From an uncultured delta proteobacterium (lineage in GTDB: Bacteria > Desulfobacterota > RBG-13-43-22), in contig CAVQFQ010000025.1 of NCBI GenBank assembly GCA_963711835.1, positions 32,001 through 96,000 of the forward strand: a stretch of 64,000 bases of DNA, in the 5' to 3' direction. Within the stretch, counting starts at the first letter, position 1, and every line of letters starts with the position of its first letter. Below are positions 9,426 to 20,237 of this stretch, piece after piece. The translations under genes were made by a program, and so were the position numbers. The notes under the pieces are model-generated. The model was not told where the DNA came from. It searched no databases and worked only from the letters and a program-made list of their open reading frames with translations.

Positions 9426-10728
9426 CCGTGGGTCTGCCTACGCAAACGTATTTAAAACCCAACGCGTGCATTTTAACCGGTTCATACATATTTTTCAAAT
9501 CAATAACAAGGGGCCGTTTTAAAAGGCCTTTCATCCGGGCCCAGTCGATGTTGCGAAAAGGGTTCCATTCGGTCACTAAAATGAGGGCCTCGGCGCCCTG
9601 GGCGGCCTCGTATAGGTTATCTTGAAATCGGACCTTTTTTAACAGTTTCTTCCCTTCCTCCATGCCGGCCGGATCGTAAGCCTTGATCCTGGCCCCGGCT
9701 TTTTCCAGGCTCCGAATAATGGTCAGGGCCGGGGCCTCCCGGATATCATTGGTATTGGGTTTAAAGGTCAGCCCCAGGACCCCCAGGGTTTTTCCCCGGA
9801 CCGGACCGGTGGCCTTAAGGATCTTTTCCACCATCCTTTTCTTCTGGCGTTGATTGACCTTGATGACGGTCTTGACGATTTCGAATTCATAGCCCAGGGA
9901 TTTGCCGAGCTGTACCAGGGCGGCGGTGTCCTTGGGGAAGCAGGAGCCCCCGAACCCCGGACCCGGGTGAAGAAATTTGGACCCGATGCGCTGATCCAGC
10001 CCCATGCCTCTGGCCACCAGGTGAATGTCGGCGCCCACTTTCTCGCAGAGATTGGCCATCTCGTTGATGAAAGAAATCTTGGTGGCCAGGAAGGCGTTCG
10101 AGGCATACTTGATCATTTCAGCGGTTTCGACGCCGGTGATCACGAAAGGGGTTTCAATCAGATAGAGCGGGGAATAGAGATCTTTCATAATGGCTTTGGC
10201 TTGGTCGCTTTCGGCCCCGATGACCACCCGGTTGGGGCGCATAAAATCCTCAATGGCCGATCCTTCCCGGAGGAATTCCGGATTGGAGACAATGTCAAAG
10301 GGCAACTTTTTCCTTTGATTTTTTCGGATCAGGTCGGCGATGATTTTACCGGTTCCGACCGGGACGGTGCTTTTGGTCACCACCAGTTTGTAGCCGTCCA
10401 TGGTCCTGCCGATGGCTGAGGCCACTTCCCTGACATAGCGCAAATCGGCCTTGCCCCGATGGTCCGAAGGGGTGCCCACGGCGATAAAGACCGCCAGAGA
10501 ATGCCTGACCCCTTCTTCCAGGTTGTCGGTAAACAGGAGCCGGTTCTCTTTCATATTTTTGGCTACCATTTCCTCCAGGCCGGGTTCGTAAATAGGGATC
10601 TTGCCCTGCTGCAGGGCCTTGATTTTCATCAGGTCGTTGTCGACGCAGGTGACCCGGATGCCGAATTCGGCAAAACAGGCCCCGGTCACCAAACCCACAT
10701 ACCCCGTTCCGATGACACAAATATTCAT
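9418..10728 (-). CDS. ugd: UDP-glucose 6-dehydrogenase
   Basis: IGTGYVG, NPEFLREG, GFGGSCFPKD; start at MNICV. Confidence 0.95.
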   Translation of the reverse strand: MNICVIGTGYVGLVTGACFAEFGIRVTCVDNDLMKIKALQQGKIPIYEPGLEEMVAKNMKENRLLFTDNLEEGVRHSLAVFIAVGTPSDHRGKADLRYVREVASAIGRTMDGYKLVVTKSTVPVGTGKIIADLIRKNQRKKLPFDIVSNPEFLREGSAIEDFMRPNRVVIGAESDQAKAIMKDLYSPLYLIETPFVITGVETAEMIKYASNAFLATKISFINEMANLCEKVGADIHLVARGMGLDQRIGSKFLHPGPGFGGSCFPKDTAALVQLGKSLGYEFEIVKTVIKVNQRQKKRMVEKILKATGPVRGKTLGVLGLTFKPNTNDIREAPALTIIRSLEKAGARIKAYDPAGMEEGKKLLKKVRFQDNLYEAAQGAEALILVTEWNPFRNIDWARMKGLLKRPLVIDLKNMYEPVKMHALGFKYVCVGRPTVE

Positions 10729-12000
10729 GCTGTTTGATCCTCCTCTTTGATGGCTAAAGCGGCTCCCAGGAGATACCAAAATATAAGGGCGCTGTCGTCC
10801 ACGTAATAGCTGTCGAAAAAATTCCTGACGGCAAATCCGACCATCATCGTAATGGCCGAGAGGCGGATTAAGTCAACCCGGTTATCTGGACCTGCCCGGC
10901 CTTTCCGGAATAGAATGACGAAAATCGAGGCCAGCAGCCAGACAAAGGCCAGGAATCCTTGCAGGCCGGTTTGAAAGGTGATATCCAAGAACATATTGTG
11001 GGCATGCCAGAGCAGGGGCTGGTGCCGGGCCCTGAATTCGGTAAAGGTTTCGGAAAAACTTTGCCGGCCGTAGCCGATCCCCTGGAAAGGCCGTTCCTGG
11101 AGAAAGGCGCCCATCAACTTCCAAACCTCCAGAAGGTCCCCGGCCGTCCCGCCTATCTCCTGAGAGGCGCGGTCCTGAGGTTCCGATAAGTTTTCGCCAT
11201 GGAACCAGACCGATTTTGGAATTAATAAAAAAAGAACGACCAGGAACAGAGCAATTCCCAGCAGCATTTTTTTCTTTTTCAAGAGCAGGCCGATCACGAT
11301 TCCTTCCAGGGCGGCGGCCACCCACATGGCCCGGCCGAAGGTGATAAATAGGGAGACGATATTCATCAGGACCAGCGCCCAAAGGAGCCAGCGAATCTTT
11401 CGATAGGCGGGCGATAGGCTGGCAAAAAAAAGAAAAGGGAAGACCATAATCAGGTAGGTTCCATAAGCCCCATAGACATAATGAAAGGAGCCGGCTCGTA
11501 TCGTATAATCCGATAATGAGCCCCCTAATCTAAAAAAGTCCCAAAACCCGAATAGGACCATAGCGCAATTGCCGGCGATGAGTATGAAACCCATCTGGGC
11601 CATTCGAGGCCCGCTTTTTTCGGAAAAGGCATAATAAACCAGATAAAATAAAAGCCCTCCTTTCAGCACTTCCCCCTGGATTTCCTTAAAGGAATAACCG
11701 GGGTTGGTGGCGGTCAGCAGCGAGAGGAAGGCCATGGAGACCCAGACCAGATAAGGTAGGTCGACCGGTGTTCTTGGGCCATAAGACCTTTTTCCGAAGA
11801 ACCATTAAAGCGATCCAGAAAAAAACGGCCAATCCCAAGGACAGCTCCCTGACCGCTGTGATATGAGCCATGGGAAGAGAAAAAAGAAGCAGGTTCAAAG
11901 AGATCCCCAGCCCTTGATCGGCCAGATCGATTAATTTAGACCGGGTGTTTCCCCAGGCAGGGTCCAAAACACTTGGGGTCATGGAGGAAATCCGACTCAT
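10725..12000 (-). CDS. O-antigen ligase family membrane protein (apparent +1 frameshift near 11775)
   Basis: ORFs 11686-12000 and 10725-11735 join as ...KKVLWP/RTPVDLPYLVW...; GIGYG and HAHNMFL motifs. Confidence 0.75.
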
Positions 12001-12009
12001 AAGGATGGC

Positions 12010-13029
12010 CTAAAAGGGTCTGACGGTTTTACCCGAAGAGGATCGGGAAGCCTTGTTTTTCCTGGGTTTGGAAGCGGCGGCCAGGGATTCTACCGTTTTT
12101 TCCAGGCCTTGCCGTAAATCGACTTGCGGCCGATAGCCCAGCATTTTTTGGATTTTTTGGGTAGCGGCCCTGGAATGGCGGATATCTCCCGGCCGGGGAG
12201 GGGCAAAGACCGGTAAATTCGCCTTTTTAGTGATTTTTTGAAGGGTCCTCAGGAGCTGAAGCAGGGTGTAGGCCCGGCCCATAGCCACGTTAAATACCTC
12301 CCCGGCCGAGCCGGTCAGGTGACAGGCCTTTAAATTGGCCTGGACGACATCCCCGACATAAACAAAGTCTCGGGATTGTTTTCCATCCCCGAAGATGATG
12401 GGGGAAATGTCCGATAAAAGGGCTGAGACAAATTTGGGAATAACCGCCGCATATTCGGATCGAGGGTCCTGCCGGGGACCGAAGACATTAAAATAGCGCA
12501 GGGAATGGGTGGCCAGGCCGTAGAGTCTGGAAAAGAGCCGGCAGTAGGTTTCGCCCACCAGTTTGCTGAGACCGTAAGGCGATAGAGGATTCGGCGGCAG
12601 GTTTTCGTGTTTGGGTTTCCGGGCCTTGCTTTCCAAGGTCTCATCTCCATAAACGGCCGATGAGCTGGCAAAGACCACCTTTTTCAGTCCGGCTTTCTTG
12701 GCCGCCAGCAGGATATTCAGCGTCCCGGTGATATTGACCTGATGGGTTGTTTCAGGATCTTCGACGGATTTGGGAACCGAGACGGCGGCTGCCTGGTGAA
12801 AGGCATAATCCATCCCGGCCAGGGTCCGCTCGCACAGTTTTTTATTCCGGATATCCCCCCTGACGATTTGCAGGGACAAGGGGAAAAGGGTCTGAAGCCT
12901 TTGGAGATTTTCCCGTTTGCCGGTAGAAAAGTTGTCCAGCACCCTGACGGTCTGGCCCTGGTTGAGCAGGGTTTCTGTAATGTGAGAGCCGATAAAACCG
13001 GCTCCGCCGGTTACCAGGTAGTTGCCCAT
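12010..13029 (-). CDS. NAD-dependent UDP-sugar 4-epimerase (SDR)
   Basis: TGGAGFIG, YGLSK, LRYFNVFGPRQD. Confidence 0.9.
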   Translation of the reverse strand: MGNYLVTGGAGFIGSHITETLLNQGQTVRVLDNFSTGKRENLQRLQTLFPLSLQIVRGDIRNKKLCERTLAGMDYAFHQAAAVSVPKSVEDPETTHQVNITGTLNILLAAKKAGLKKVVFASSSAVYGDETLESKARKPKHENLPPNPLSPYGLSKLVGETYCRLFSRLYGLATHSLRYFNVFGPRQDPRSEYAAVIPKFVSALLSDISPIIFGDGKQSRDFVYVGDVVQANLKACHLTGSAGEVFNVAMGRAYTLLQLLRTLQKITKKANLPVFAPPRPGDIRHSRAATQKIQKMLGYRPQVDLRQGLEKTVESLAAASKPRKNKASRSSSGKTVRPF

Positions 13030-13072
13030 AATTTGTTCCTATTCGATTCTATCAGACCCTGTTTCTGAGAAT

Positions 13073-13212
13073 TTATTAAGGGTCTCAAAATAATAGTGAC
13101 CAACAGGGACCGGGGGGTCTTCTTTTCTGAATTTGTTCCAACGTTACGTGATTCTTAAGCTATCCATTCATATCATAGAGGGCTTCGGGGGTCTTGATTT
13201 CAAGGTTGTCCG
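13073..13212. mobile_element. Chimeric remnant: family B left end joined to family A left end
   Basis: 13073-13129 is nearly identical to 6544-6599; 13128-13212 is similar to 2039-2119. Confidence 0.75.
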
Positions 13213-13275
13213 AAAGGTAATCCATAGCCCCAACACCATTTCTTCAAGACGTGGAAAAATTTCAAATCGCTTTGC

Positions 13276-14280
13276 TTAGATTTTAATTGAATCCAGAATG
13301 ACCCTTTTCAGGTCTGCGGCCTGAATGGCCGCCGTTCCTATTTCGCCCACCACGATCCCGGCGGCGTAATTAGCCGCCATGCAGGCCTGGATGATATTCA
13401 GGCCCGAGACCAGGGAAAGCATTAGAGTGGCGATGACCGTATCTCCGGCTCCGGTGACATCAAAGACCTTTTTGGCTACCGTCGGGATATGATTCACCTT
13501 TTGACCTTTTGAAAAAAGGGTCATCCCTTCTTTCCCCCGGGTAATCAGGACGGATTTACATTGCAGCTGTTTTAAGAGCTGCTTCCCGGCCCAAATCAGG
13601 TCCTCTTCCCTATCCAATTTTTTCCCGACCGCCTGTCCGGCTTCAAGATGATTAGGGGTAATCAAGGTCACCCCTTTGTACCAGCGGATATTTCCGGGCT
13701 TGGGGTCCACCAGGATAGGCAGGGCCTTTTTCCCGGCAACCTTCCGGATGTGGGCCATTAATTCCTGAGAGACCACACCCTTCCCGTAATCGGATACAAT
13801 AATGCCGTGAATCCCGGATAGGTTTTCCCTGATGACCTCCAGGATGGTCTTCAAGCTGGCCGGGCTGATGGGAGAGACCCTTTCCCGGTCCACCCGCACC
13901 ACCTGCTGCTGGTGAGCGATAATCCTGGTTTTGATGGCTGTGGGCCGGCCTTCTTCCACTACCAGGCCGTCGGTTGGTGTTCCCAAAGACTGTAGTTTCC
14001 GCATCAAACGCCGGCCCATGCCGTCCGAACCGATTACGCCGGTCAATAAGACCTGGGTCCGGAGCCCGAGCAAATTATTGACCACATTGGCGGCACCGCC
14101 CAGGAGGAAGGTTTCCTTTTCGACTTTGACTACCGGGACCGGGGCTTCGGGTGAGATACGGGATACTTCTCCCCAGAGGAACTGGTCCATCATGATATCG
14201 CCGATCACCAGGATCTTTCGGCTGGGAAACAAGGAAAGGGCTCCCAAAATTTTTTGGAGATCGTCTTTCTTAGGGTCCAT
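13276..14280 (-). CDS. rfaE1: D-glycero-beta-D-manno-heptose-7-phosphate kinase (HldE kinase domain)
   Basis: RISPEAPVPV, GGAANV, SDYGKG, DVTGAGDT. Confidence 0.93.
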   Translation of the reverse strand: MDPKKDDLQKILGALSLFPSRKILVIGDIMMDQFLWGEVSRISPEAPVPVVKVEKETFLLGGAANVVNNLLGLRTQVLLTGVIGSDGMGRRLMRKLQSLGTPTDGLVVEEGRPTAIKTRIIAHQQQVVRVDRERVSPISPASLKTILEVIRENLSGIHGIIVSDYGKGVVSQELMAHIRKVAGKKALPILVDPKPGNIRWYKGVTLITPNHLEAGQAVGKKLDREEDLIWAGKQLLKQLQCKSVLITRGKEGMTLFSKGQKVNHIPTVAKKVFDVTGAGDTVIATLMLSLVSGLNIIQACMAANYAAGIVVGEIGTAAIQAADLKRVILDSIKI

Positions 14281-14384
14281 TTTTACTGTTTCTCCCGGCT
14301 CCCGCGGAAGTCTCCAACCCTGGACCTTGATCTTTCCCGGATGCTTTTCATAAATAATTTTTCATCAAAAATGAGAATTAAAAA

Positions 14385-14414
14385 AGTATAGTCGTTTCGC
14401 TTAAGGCTTGTCAA
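14385..14414 (-). promoter_or_regulatory. Sigma70-type promoter of the envelope operon
   Basis: TTGACA-N18-TATACT on the minus strand upstream of rfaE1. Confidence 0.55.
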
Positions 14415-14495
14415 TAAAATCTCAAGATTTTTTAACAGGTTGAGATAATTTCCTTTTCGTGTCATACTGCCGGACAAGGAAGGAGGACGCCGGCC

Positions 14496-15122
14496 GTGCA
14501 GAAACAACGAATCCAACGCCTTTTGGGAATTGCCCAAGAGATCATCGTCACCCCTGCCCAAACCCCCTCCCGGATTTATCGAAAGTTTTCCATTTCCAAA
14601 TCGCAGTTCTACCGGGACCTGGAGACACTGGCTGCCTGGGGCTTTCCGGTGGATTATCAAAGGCCCTTGGGGGCTTTTATACTCAGCCGGGAGAAACCCC
14701 TGATTGACGGCCTTCCTTTAAAAACAGTGATTAGTCTGGCCAGAGGTTTGTCCCGGGTCCCTTCTAACGACCTGTTCTTTTTTATCTGGGAAGTGATCCT
14801 CTGGCTCAGGGAAAAATCGGAAGGCGATCGGGAGGCGATCTCCTTCCTGATAAAAGAGATGGTGCTGCGGGAATGGTTCTTTCGGGAAGGCTGGTCGGAA
14901 AAAGTCCTGGATTTGTTGATGGAGGCCATCCGGGAGAAAAAACGGGTCGTTATCCTCTATAAACAGGAAAAAGAAGAGCGGTTGGTGGTGGATCCGGAGA
15001 AAATTATTTGGAAGGATGATGGCTGGGTCCTATCCGCCCATTTGGTCGGCGAAGGCCGGAAGGGCTTTTTCGATCTCTTATCCATCCTGGAAGTCTTGGA
15101 TACCTCTTTTAAAGCCCCCTAA
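14496..15122 (+). CDS. HTH-WYL domain transcriptional regulator
   Basis: N-terminal HTH (ISKSQFYRDLETL); C-terminal WYL-like VDPEKIIWKDDGWVLSAH...FFDL. Confidence 0.7.
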   Translation: MQKQRIQRLLGIAQEIIVTPAQTPSRIYRKFSISKSQFYRDLETLAAWGFPVDYQRPLGAFILSREKPLIDGLPLKTVISLARGLSRVPSNDLFFFIWEVILWLREKSEGDREAISFLIKEMVLREWFFREGWSEKVLDLLMEAIREKKRVVILYKQEKEERLVVDPEKIIWKDDGWVLSAHLVGEGRKGFFDLLSILEVLDTSFKAP

Positions 15123-15220
15123 AGCTGCCTACACCTCATCTGAAAAACAGGTTGGTTCTTCTCCCAACAAGTTGGGAGGAAGGGGAAGCCGTTAACAACG
15201 TGATAAATCTCACAAAAAAA

Positions 15221-15249
15221 TTGACAAAAGAGCTAAAAAAAACTATAAG
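15221..15249 (+). promoter_or_regulatory. Sigma70-type promoter of the acyl-CoA operon
   Basis: TTGACA-N17-TATAAG. Confidence 0.65.
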
Positions 15250-15342
15250 GGAAAGGCTCTAAGAGGCTCCGTAAAACCTTAGTCTTTTTCAGCCGTTACG
15301 GACCGTCTAGGGACCGTGGCCTATACATCCCCCCTATTCCTT

Positions 15343-15375
15343 CAAGGGGCCGGCAAGGGGCCGGCAAGGGGCCGG
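15343..15375 (+). repeat. Tandem repeat (CAAGGGGCCGG)x3
   Basis: Three exact 11-bp copies in the thiolase leader. Confidence 0.9.
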
Positions 15376-15408
15376 GACCCTTATCCAATGCGTGAGGAGG
15401 AAAACCTG

Positions 15409-16596
15409 ATGATCGAAGAGGTTGTCATTGTAAGTGCCGTCCGAACGCCCCTCGGGGCCTTTAACGGCAGTTTGAGCGGTTTCAGCGCCACTGAGCTGGG
15501 TTCATTGGTGATCACCGAGGCCATTAAAAGGGCCGGTTTGACCAAGGAACAGGTAGATGAAGTCATCATGGGCAATGTTCTCCCCGCCGGACTGGGGCAA
15601 AATCCGGCCCGGCAGGCCATGATTAAGGCCGGGCTGCCCTATGAAGTTGGAGCCATCACCGTAAACAAGGTCTGCGGTTCCGGTCTGAAGGCGGTCATGC
15701 TCGGAGCCCAGGCCATAGCCTTGGGAGATGCTCAGGTTGTGGTGGCCGGGGGTCTGGAGAATATGACCCAGGCCCCTTACTATCTTGAAAAAGCCCGGAG
15801 CGGTTACAGAATGGGTAACGGCGTTTTGATAGACTCCCTGGATCATGATGGTTTGAGGGATCTCCAGAATGATTTTCTGATGGGGGTGAGCGCTGAATAC
15901 TGCGCCGAAAAATATGGAGTAACACGTGAGGATCAGGACCTTTTTGCCTGCCGGTCGTATCAAAAGGCCTTAAAAGCCCGGGCGGAGGGAAAATTTAAGG
16001 AAGAAATCCTGCCCCTTTCCATACCCCGCAAGGGCAAGGAACCCCTGGTCTTTGATCAGGATGAAATTCTTCGGGAAACCAGTCTGGAAGCCTTGTCCGG
16101 TTTGAGACCGGCCTTTAAAAAGGATGGAACGGTCACGGCCGGCAATTCCTCTAAAATCAGCGATGGGGCGGCGGCCGTGGTTCTGATGTCGGCCACCCGA
16201 GCCGGGGAGTTGGGGATTAAGCCTATGGTTAAGGTGGGAGCCCAGGGAGCCTCGGGATTGGATCCCAAATATGTCCTGGTGGCACCTCTCCTGTCCATTC
16301 CCAAGGTGCTCAAAAAGGCCGGGCTCTCGATTAAGGATATTGATCTCCAGGAAGTGAACGAAGCCTTTTCGTCCTCGACTGTAGCCGTGATTAAAGAATT
16401 AGGACTCGATCCTGATCGGGTGAATATTCATGGCGGGTCCGTGGCCCTGGGTCACCCGATCGGGGCCAGCGGGGCCAGGGTCCTGGTGACCCTGCTTTAT
16501 GCCATGAAAGACCGGGGAGCCAAACGGGGGATGGCCTCCTTATGCCTCGGGGGGGGCGAAGCGGTCAGTTTGATTGTTGAAACAGCTCATAGCTGA
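15409..16596 (+). CDS. Acetyl-CoA C-acetyltransferase (thiolase)
   Basis: [24 protein letters not shown]; GAGGAGG RBS before ATG 15409. Confidence 0.95.
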   Translation: MIEEVVIVSAVRTPLGAFNGSLSGFSATELGSLVITEAIKRAGLTKEQVDEVIMGNVLPAGLGQNPARQAMIKAGLPYEVGAITVNKVCGSGLKAVMLGAQAIALGDAQVVVAGGLENMTQAPYYLEKARSGYRMGNGVLIDSLDHDGLRDLQNDFLMGVSAEYCAEKYGVTREDQDLFACRSYQKALKARAEGKFKEEILPLSIPRKGKEPLVFDQDEILRETSLEALSGLRPAFKKDGTVTAGNSSKISDGAAAVVLMSATRAGELGIKPMVKVGAQGASGLDPKYVLVAPLLSIPKVLKKAGLSIKDIDLQEVNEAFSSSTVAVIKELGLDPDRVNIHGGSVALGHPIGASGARVLVTLLYAMKDRGAKRGMASLCLGGGEAVSLIVETAHS

Positions 16597-16632
16597 GAGT
16601 TCAAAGCTCGTAGTTTTTTTCAAGGAGGGAAT

Positions 16633-17811
16633 ATGAAAGAAGTAGTTATTGTAAGCGCTGCCAGGACGCCGGTGGGTCGATTCGGCGGGAGTTTAAAGGA
16701 TTTTTCAGCCGTTCAACTGGGAGTAATTGCCGTGAAGGAGGCCTTGAAAAGGGCCTCAATCCCGGCGGATAAGGTAGATGAAGTTATCCTGGGGAATGTC
16801 CTGCAAGCCGGCTTGGGACAGAATACGGCCAGGCAGGTCCTGATCCATTCGGGTATTCCACAGGAGGCCCCGGCTACCACCATCAACAAGGTCTGCGCCT
16901 CCGGTCTTAAATCCGTCATGCTGGCGGCCCAGGCCATCAAATCCGGGGATGCCGACATCGTCCTGGCCGGAGGGATTGAAAACATGAGCCAGGCCCCCTA
17001 TGCCCTGCGCCAGGCCCGCTGGGGAGCCCGGATGGGGAGCGCCGAATTGGTCGATCTGATGATCTACGATGGACTCCAGGACGTCTTCGGCCAGGTCCAT
17101 ATGGGGATTACCGCGGAAAAGGTGGCTGAAAAATTCGGAATTACCAGGGAGGACCAGGATCGGCTGGCCCTGCGCAGCCAGGATAATGCCCAGAAAGCCA
17201 TTAAATCAGGTCGATTTAAAGAAGAGATCATACCCGTACCGATCCCACAAAAAAAAGGAGAACCTCTTCTTTTTGATACCGATGAGCATCCCCGGGCGAC
17301 CACCCTGGAGGCCCTGGGCCAGCTTAAACCGGCCTTCAAAAAGGATGGGACGGTTACGGCCGGGAATGCCTCGGGGATCAATGACAGCGGGGCGGCCTTG
17401 GTGGTCATGTCCCTGGACAAGGCCAACGAGCTGGGACTCCGGCCTTTGGCCTATGTCCGCTCCTATGCCACGGCCGGTGTGGATCCCTCCATCATGGGCA
17501 CCGGTCCCATCCCGGCTTCCAAAAAGGCCCTGGAGAAGGCCGGATTGACCGCCGAGAACCTGGATCTGATCGAAGCCAATGAGGCCTTTGCGGCCCAGGC
17601 CGCGGCGGTCAACAAGGAGATGGGCTGGGACCTGGAGAAGGTCAACGTCAACGGCGGGGCCATTGCCATCGGCCATCCGATTGGGGCCAGCGGGGCCCGG
17701 ATTTTAATTACCTTGCTTTTTGAGATGATCAAAAGGGATTCCTCTTTGGGATTGGCTACCCTTTGTGTCGGCGGCGGCATGGGGGCGGCCTTGATACTGG
17801 AAAGAAAATAA
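16633..17811 (+). CDS. Acetyl-CoA C-acetyltransferase (thiolase), second paralogue
   Basis: [25 protein letters not shown]. Confidence 0.95.
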   Translation: MKEVVIVSAARTPVGRFGGSLKDFSAVQLGVIAVKEALKRASIPADKVDEVILGNVLQAGLGQNTARQVLIHSGIPQEAPATTINKVCASGLKSVMLAAQAIKSGDADIVLAGGIENMSQAPYALRQARWGARMGSAELVDLMIYDGLQDVFGQVHMGITAEKVAEKFGITREDQDRLALRSQDNAQKAIKSGRFKEEIIPVPIPQKKGEPLLFDTDEHPRATTLEALGQLKPAFKKDGTVTAGNASGINDSGAALVVMSLDKANELGLRPLAYVRSYATAGVDPSIMGTGPIPASKKALEKAGLTAENLDLIEANEAFAAQAAAVNKEMGWDLEKVNVNGGAIAIGHPIGASGARILITLLFEMIKRDSSLGLATLCVGGGMGAALILERK

Positions 17812-17957
17812 AAACCGTGAGGCGCCAGGCGCGAAGGCGTAACGGGTATTAACCATGACTTTAATAACGGATCTTAACCTCTTACCCCTCACGACTTCCG
17901 CGCTCACGAGAAAACGGATTCACTAAAAAAAAGAACTGATTTTATCAGGGAGGTGAT

Positions 17958-18743
17958 ATGGCTTACGAATTAATTCTTTTGGAAATTTCAGAAGGGATTG
18001 CCACGATTTCCGTTAATCGTCCCAAGGCCTTGAATGCCCTGAATCCCCAGGTCATGGAGGAGATCGGCGCAGCCTTGAAGGAGATCAGCCAAAATAAGGA
18101 AGTGCGGGCGGCCATATTGACCGGCACCGGGGACAAGGCCTTCGTGGCCGGAGCCGACATCGGGAGCATGGCCAAACAAACCCCGTTGGAGGCCAAACGA
18201 TTTGGCGCTGCGGGACAGGAAGTTCTCTTTGCCATGGAAGCGATGGAGATCCCGATCATTGCGGCAGTCAACGGATTTGCTTTGGGAGGCGGGACTGAGA
18301 TCGCCATGGCCTGCGATTTTATTTATGCCTCGGAAAAGGCCAAATTCGGCCAGCCTGAAATCAACCTGGGTATCATCCCCGGATTCGGCGGCACCCAGCG
18401 CCTGGCCCGCCTGGTGGGAAAGGGCTGGGCCCGGGAGTTGTGTCTGACCGGCGTTATCATTTCCGCCCAGGAGGCCCAAGAGATCGGCCTGGTGAACAAG
18501 GTGTTTCCTCCAGAAACCTTGATGGAGGAGACCCGTAAAACGGCCAAACTGATAGCTTCGAAAGGCCGGGCCGCTATCCGGGCCGTCAAACAGGCCGTCA
18601 ATCGGGGCTTTGATGTGGATCTGCGCAACGGCTGCGCCATGGAAGTGGATGCCTTTGCCATCGCTTTCACCAGCCCCGATGCCAAAGAGGGCTTGACGGC
18701 CTTTCTGGAAAAAAGAAAGCCGGATTTTAAGGGAGAAATTTAA
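17958..18743 (+). CDS. crt: Enoyl-CoA hydratase (crotonase)
   Basis: AFVAGADI, GGGTE, GQPEINLGIIPGFGGTQRL. Confidence 0.92.
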   Translation: MAYELILLEISEGIATISVNRPKALNALNPQVMEEIGAALKEISQNKEVRAAILTGTGDKAFVAGADIGSMAKQTPLEAKRFGAAGQEVLFAMEAMEIPIIAAVNGFALGGGTEIAMACDFIYASEKAKFGQPEINLGIIPGFGGTQRLARLVGKGWARELCLTGVIISAQEAQEIGLVNKVFPPETLMEETRKTAKLIASKGRAAIRAVKQAVNRGFDVDLRNGCAMEVDAFAIAFTSPDAKEGLTAFLEKRKPDFKGEI

Positions 18744-18932
18744 CTGCCGTACTGGTACTGGATATTGGTTGCTGGATAAAGACGAAAAACTTTTTTTGAC
18801 AGCGGATTAGGAAAGAAAAAAGATCGAGGTTCGAAGGCCAACGGATTAGAGGTTTAACTAAGGAGACTTTCTCCCCGGAACCCTTGAATCCGCGGCCCCT
18901 TGAACCCTTTAATCACTAAGGAGATAGTAATT

Positions 18933-20081
18933 ATGGATTTTAATTTAACGGAAGAACAGCAGATGGTCCGGGAAATGGCCCGGCGGTTTGCCGAGGCCGA
19001 AATCAAACCCGTGGCCGCCAAACTGGATGCCACGCATGACCATCCGGCCGAGATCTGCAAGAAGTTGGCGGAATTGAAATTTCTGGGCATCGCCGTTCCC
19101 GAGGAATACGGCGGCGGGGGTATGGACTATGTCAGCTACGCGGTGGCTCTGATTGAAATCTCCAAGGCCTGCGCCTCCACCGGGGTCATCATGTCGGTCA
19201 ACAACTCGTTGTATTGTTTCCCGGTCATGGCCTTTGGGACCCATGAACAGAAAGTAAAGTATTTAACCCCGGTAGCCAGCGGCCAATACCTGGGATGCTT
19301 TGGTTTGACCGAGGCCGGGGCCGGGTCCGATCCGTCCGGTATGCGGACCACGGCCGTCCTGGATGGCCAGCAATGGGTCATTAACGGCGAAAAAAAATTT
19401 ATCACCAACGGCAATGTCTCCCGCTATGGCGTGCTGGCGGCCGTCACCGAAAAAGGAAAAGGCTATAAGGGAATCAGCTCGTTTGTGGTGGACTTTGAAA
19501 ACACGCCGGGTTTTTCTCTGGGGCGGGTCGAAGAAAAACTGGGCATCAACGCCTCGGGAACGGCGGAACTGGTTTTTGACAATGCCCGGGTCCCCAAAGA
19601 TGCCTTGCTGGGCAATCCCGGAGACGGGTTTAAACAGATGCTGACCACCCTGGATGGGGGGCGGATCGGGATCGCTTCCCAGGCCATCGGAATCGGCCGG
19701 GCCGTTTTGGAAGAATCCTTGGATTACGCCAAGAGCCGCGAGCAATTCGGCAAAGCCATCTCCACCTTCCAGGCCATCCAGTGGAAGCTGGCCGATATGG
19801 CCACCCAATTGGACGCGGCGGAACTGCTGACCCTTCGGGCGGCCTGGATGGAAGACCACCATCTGCATTACGAAAAAGCAGCTGCCATGGCCAAAATGTT
19901 CGCTTCCGATTCGGCCATGCAGGCGGCCATAGAAGGTGTTCAGATCCTGGGCGGCTACGGCTACTGCCGGGAATACCCCATGGAGCGGCACATGCGGGAT
20001 GCCAAGATCACCCAGATCTACGAAGGCACCAACGAGATCATGCGGATCGTAATTGCCAATAATATCCTGAAAGGCAAATAA
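18933..20081 (+). CDS. Short/branched-chain acyl-CoA dehydrogenase
   Basis: LTEAGAGSD, FITNG, GGYGY, IYEGTNE. Confidence 0.93.
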   Translation: MDFNLTEEQQMVREMARRFAEAEIKPVAAKLDATHDHPAEICKKLAELKFLGIAVPEEYGGGGMDYVSYAVALIEISKACASTGVIMSVNNSLYCFPVMAFGTHEQKVKYLTPVASGQYLGCFGLTEAGAGSDPSGMRTTAVLDGQQWVINGEKKFITNGNVSRYGVLAAVTEKGKGYKGISSFVVDFENTPGFSLGRVEEKLGINASGTAELVFDNARVPKDALLGNPGDGFKQMLTTLDGGRIGIASQAIGIGRAVLEESLDYAKSREQFGKAISTFQAIQWKLADMATQLDAAELLTLRAAWMEDHHLHYEKAAAMAKMFASDSAMQAAIEGVQILGGYGYCREYPMERHMRDAKITQIYEGTNEIMRIVIANNILKGK

Positions 20082-20237
20082 AAAAAGGGTTCAAGGGGTC
20101 AAGGATTCAAGCGAAAAAGGGAAGCATTAAAATTCAAGAAATACTAACCGAACAACTATTATAAACGTTGCCCGGGAATTAATTTGGATCACCACTTTGA
20201 CCCCTCGGCCCCTTGAACCCTCTTAGAGGTTTTTTTC

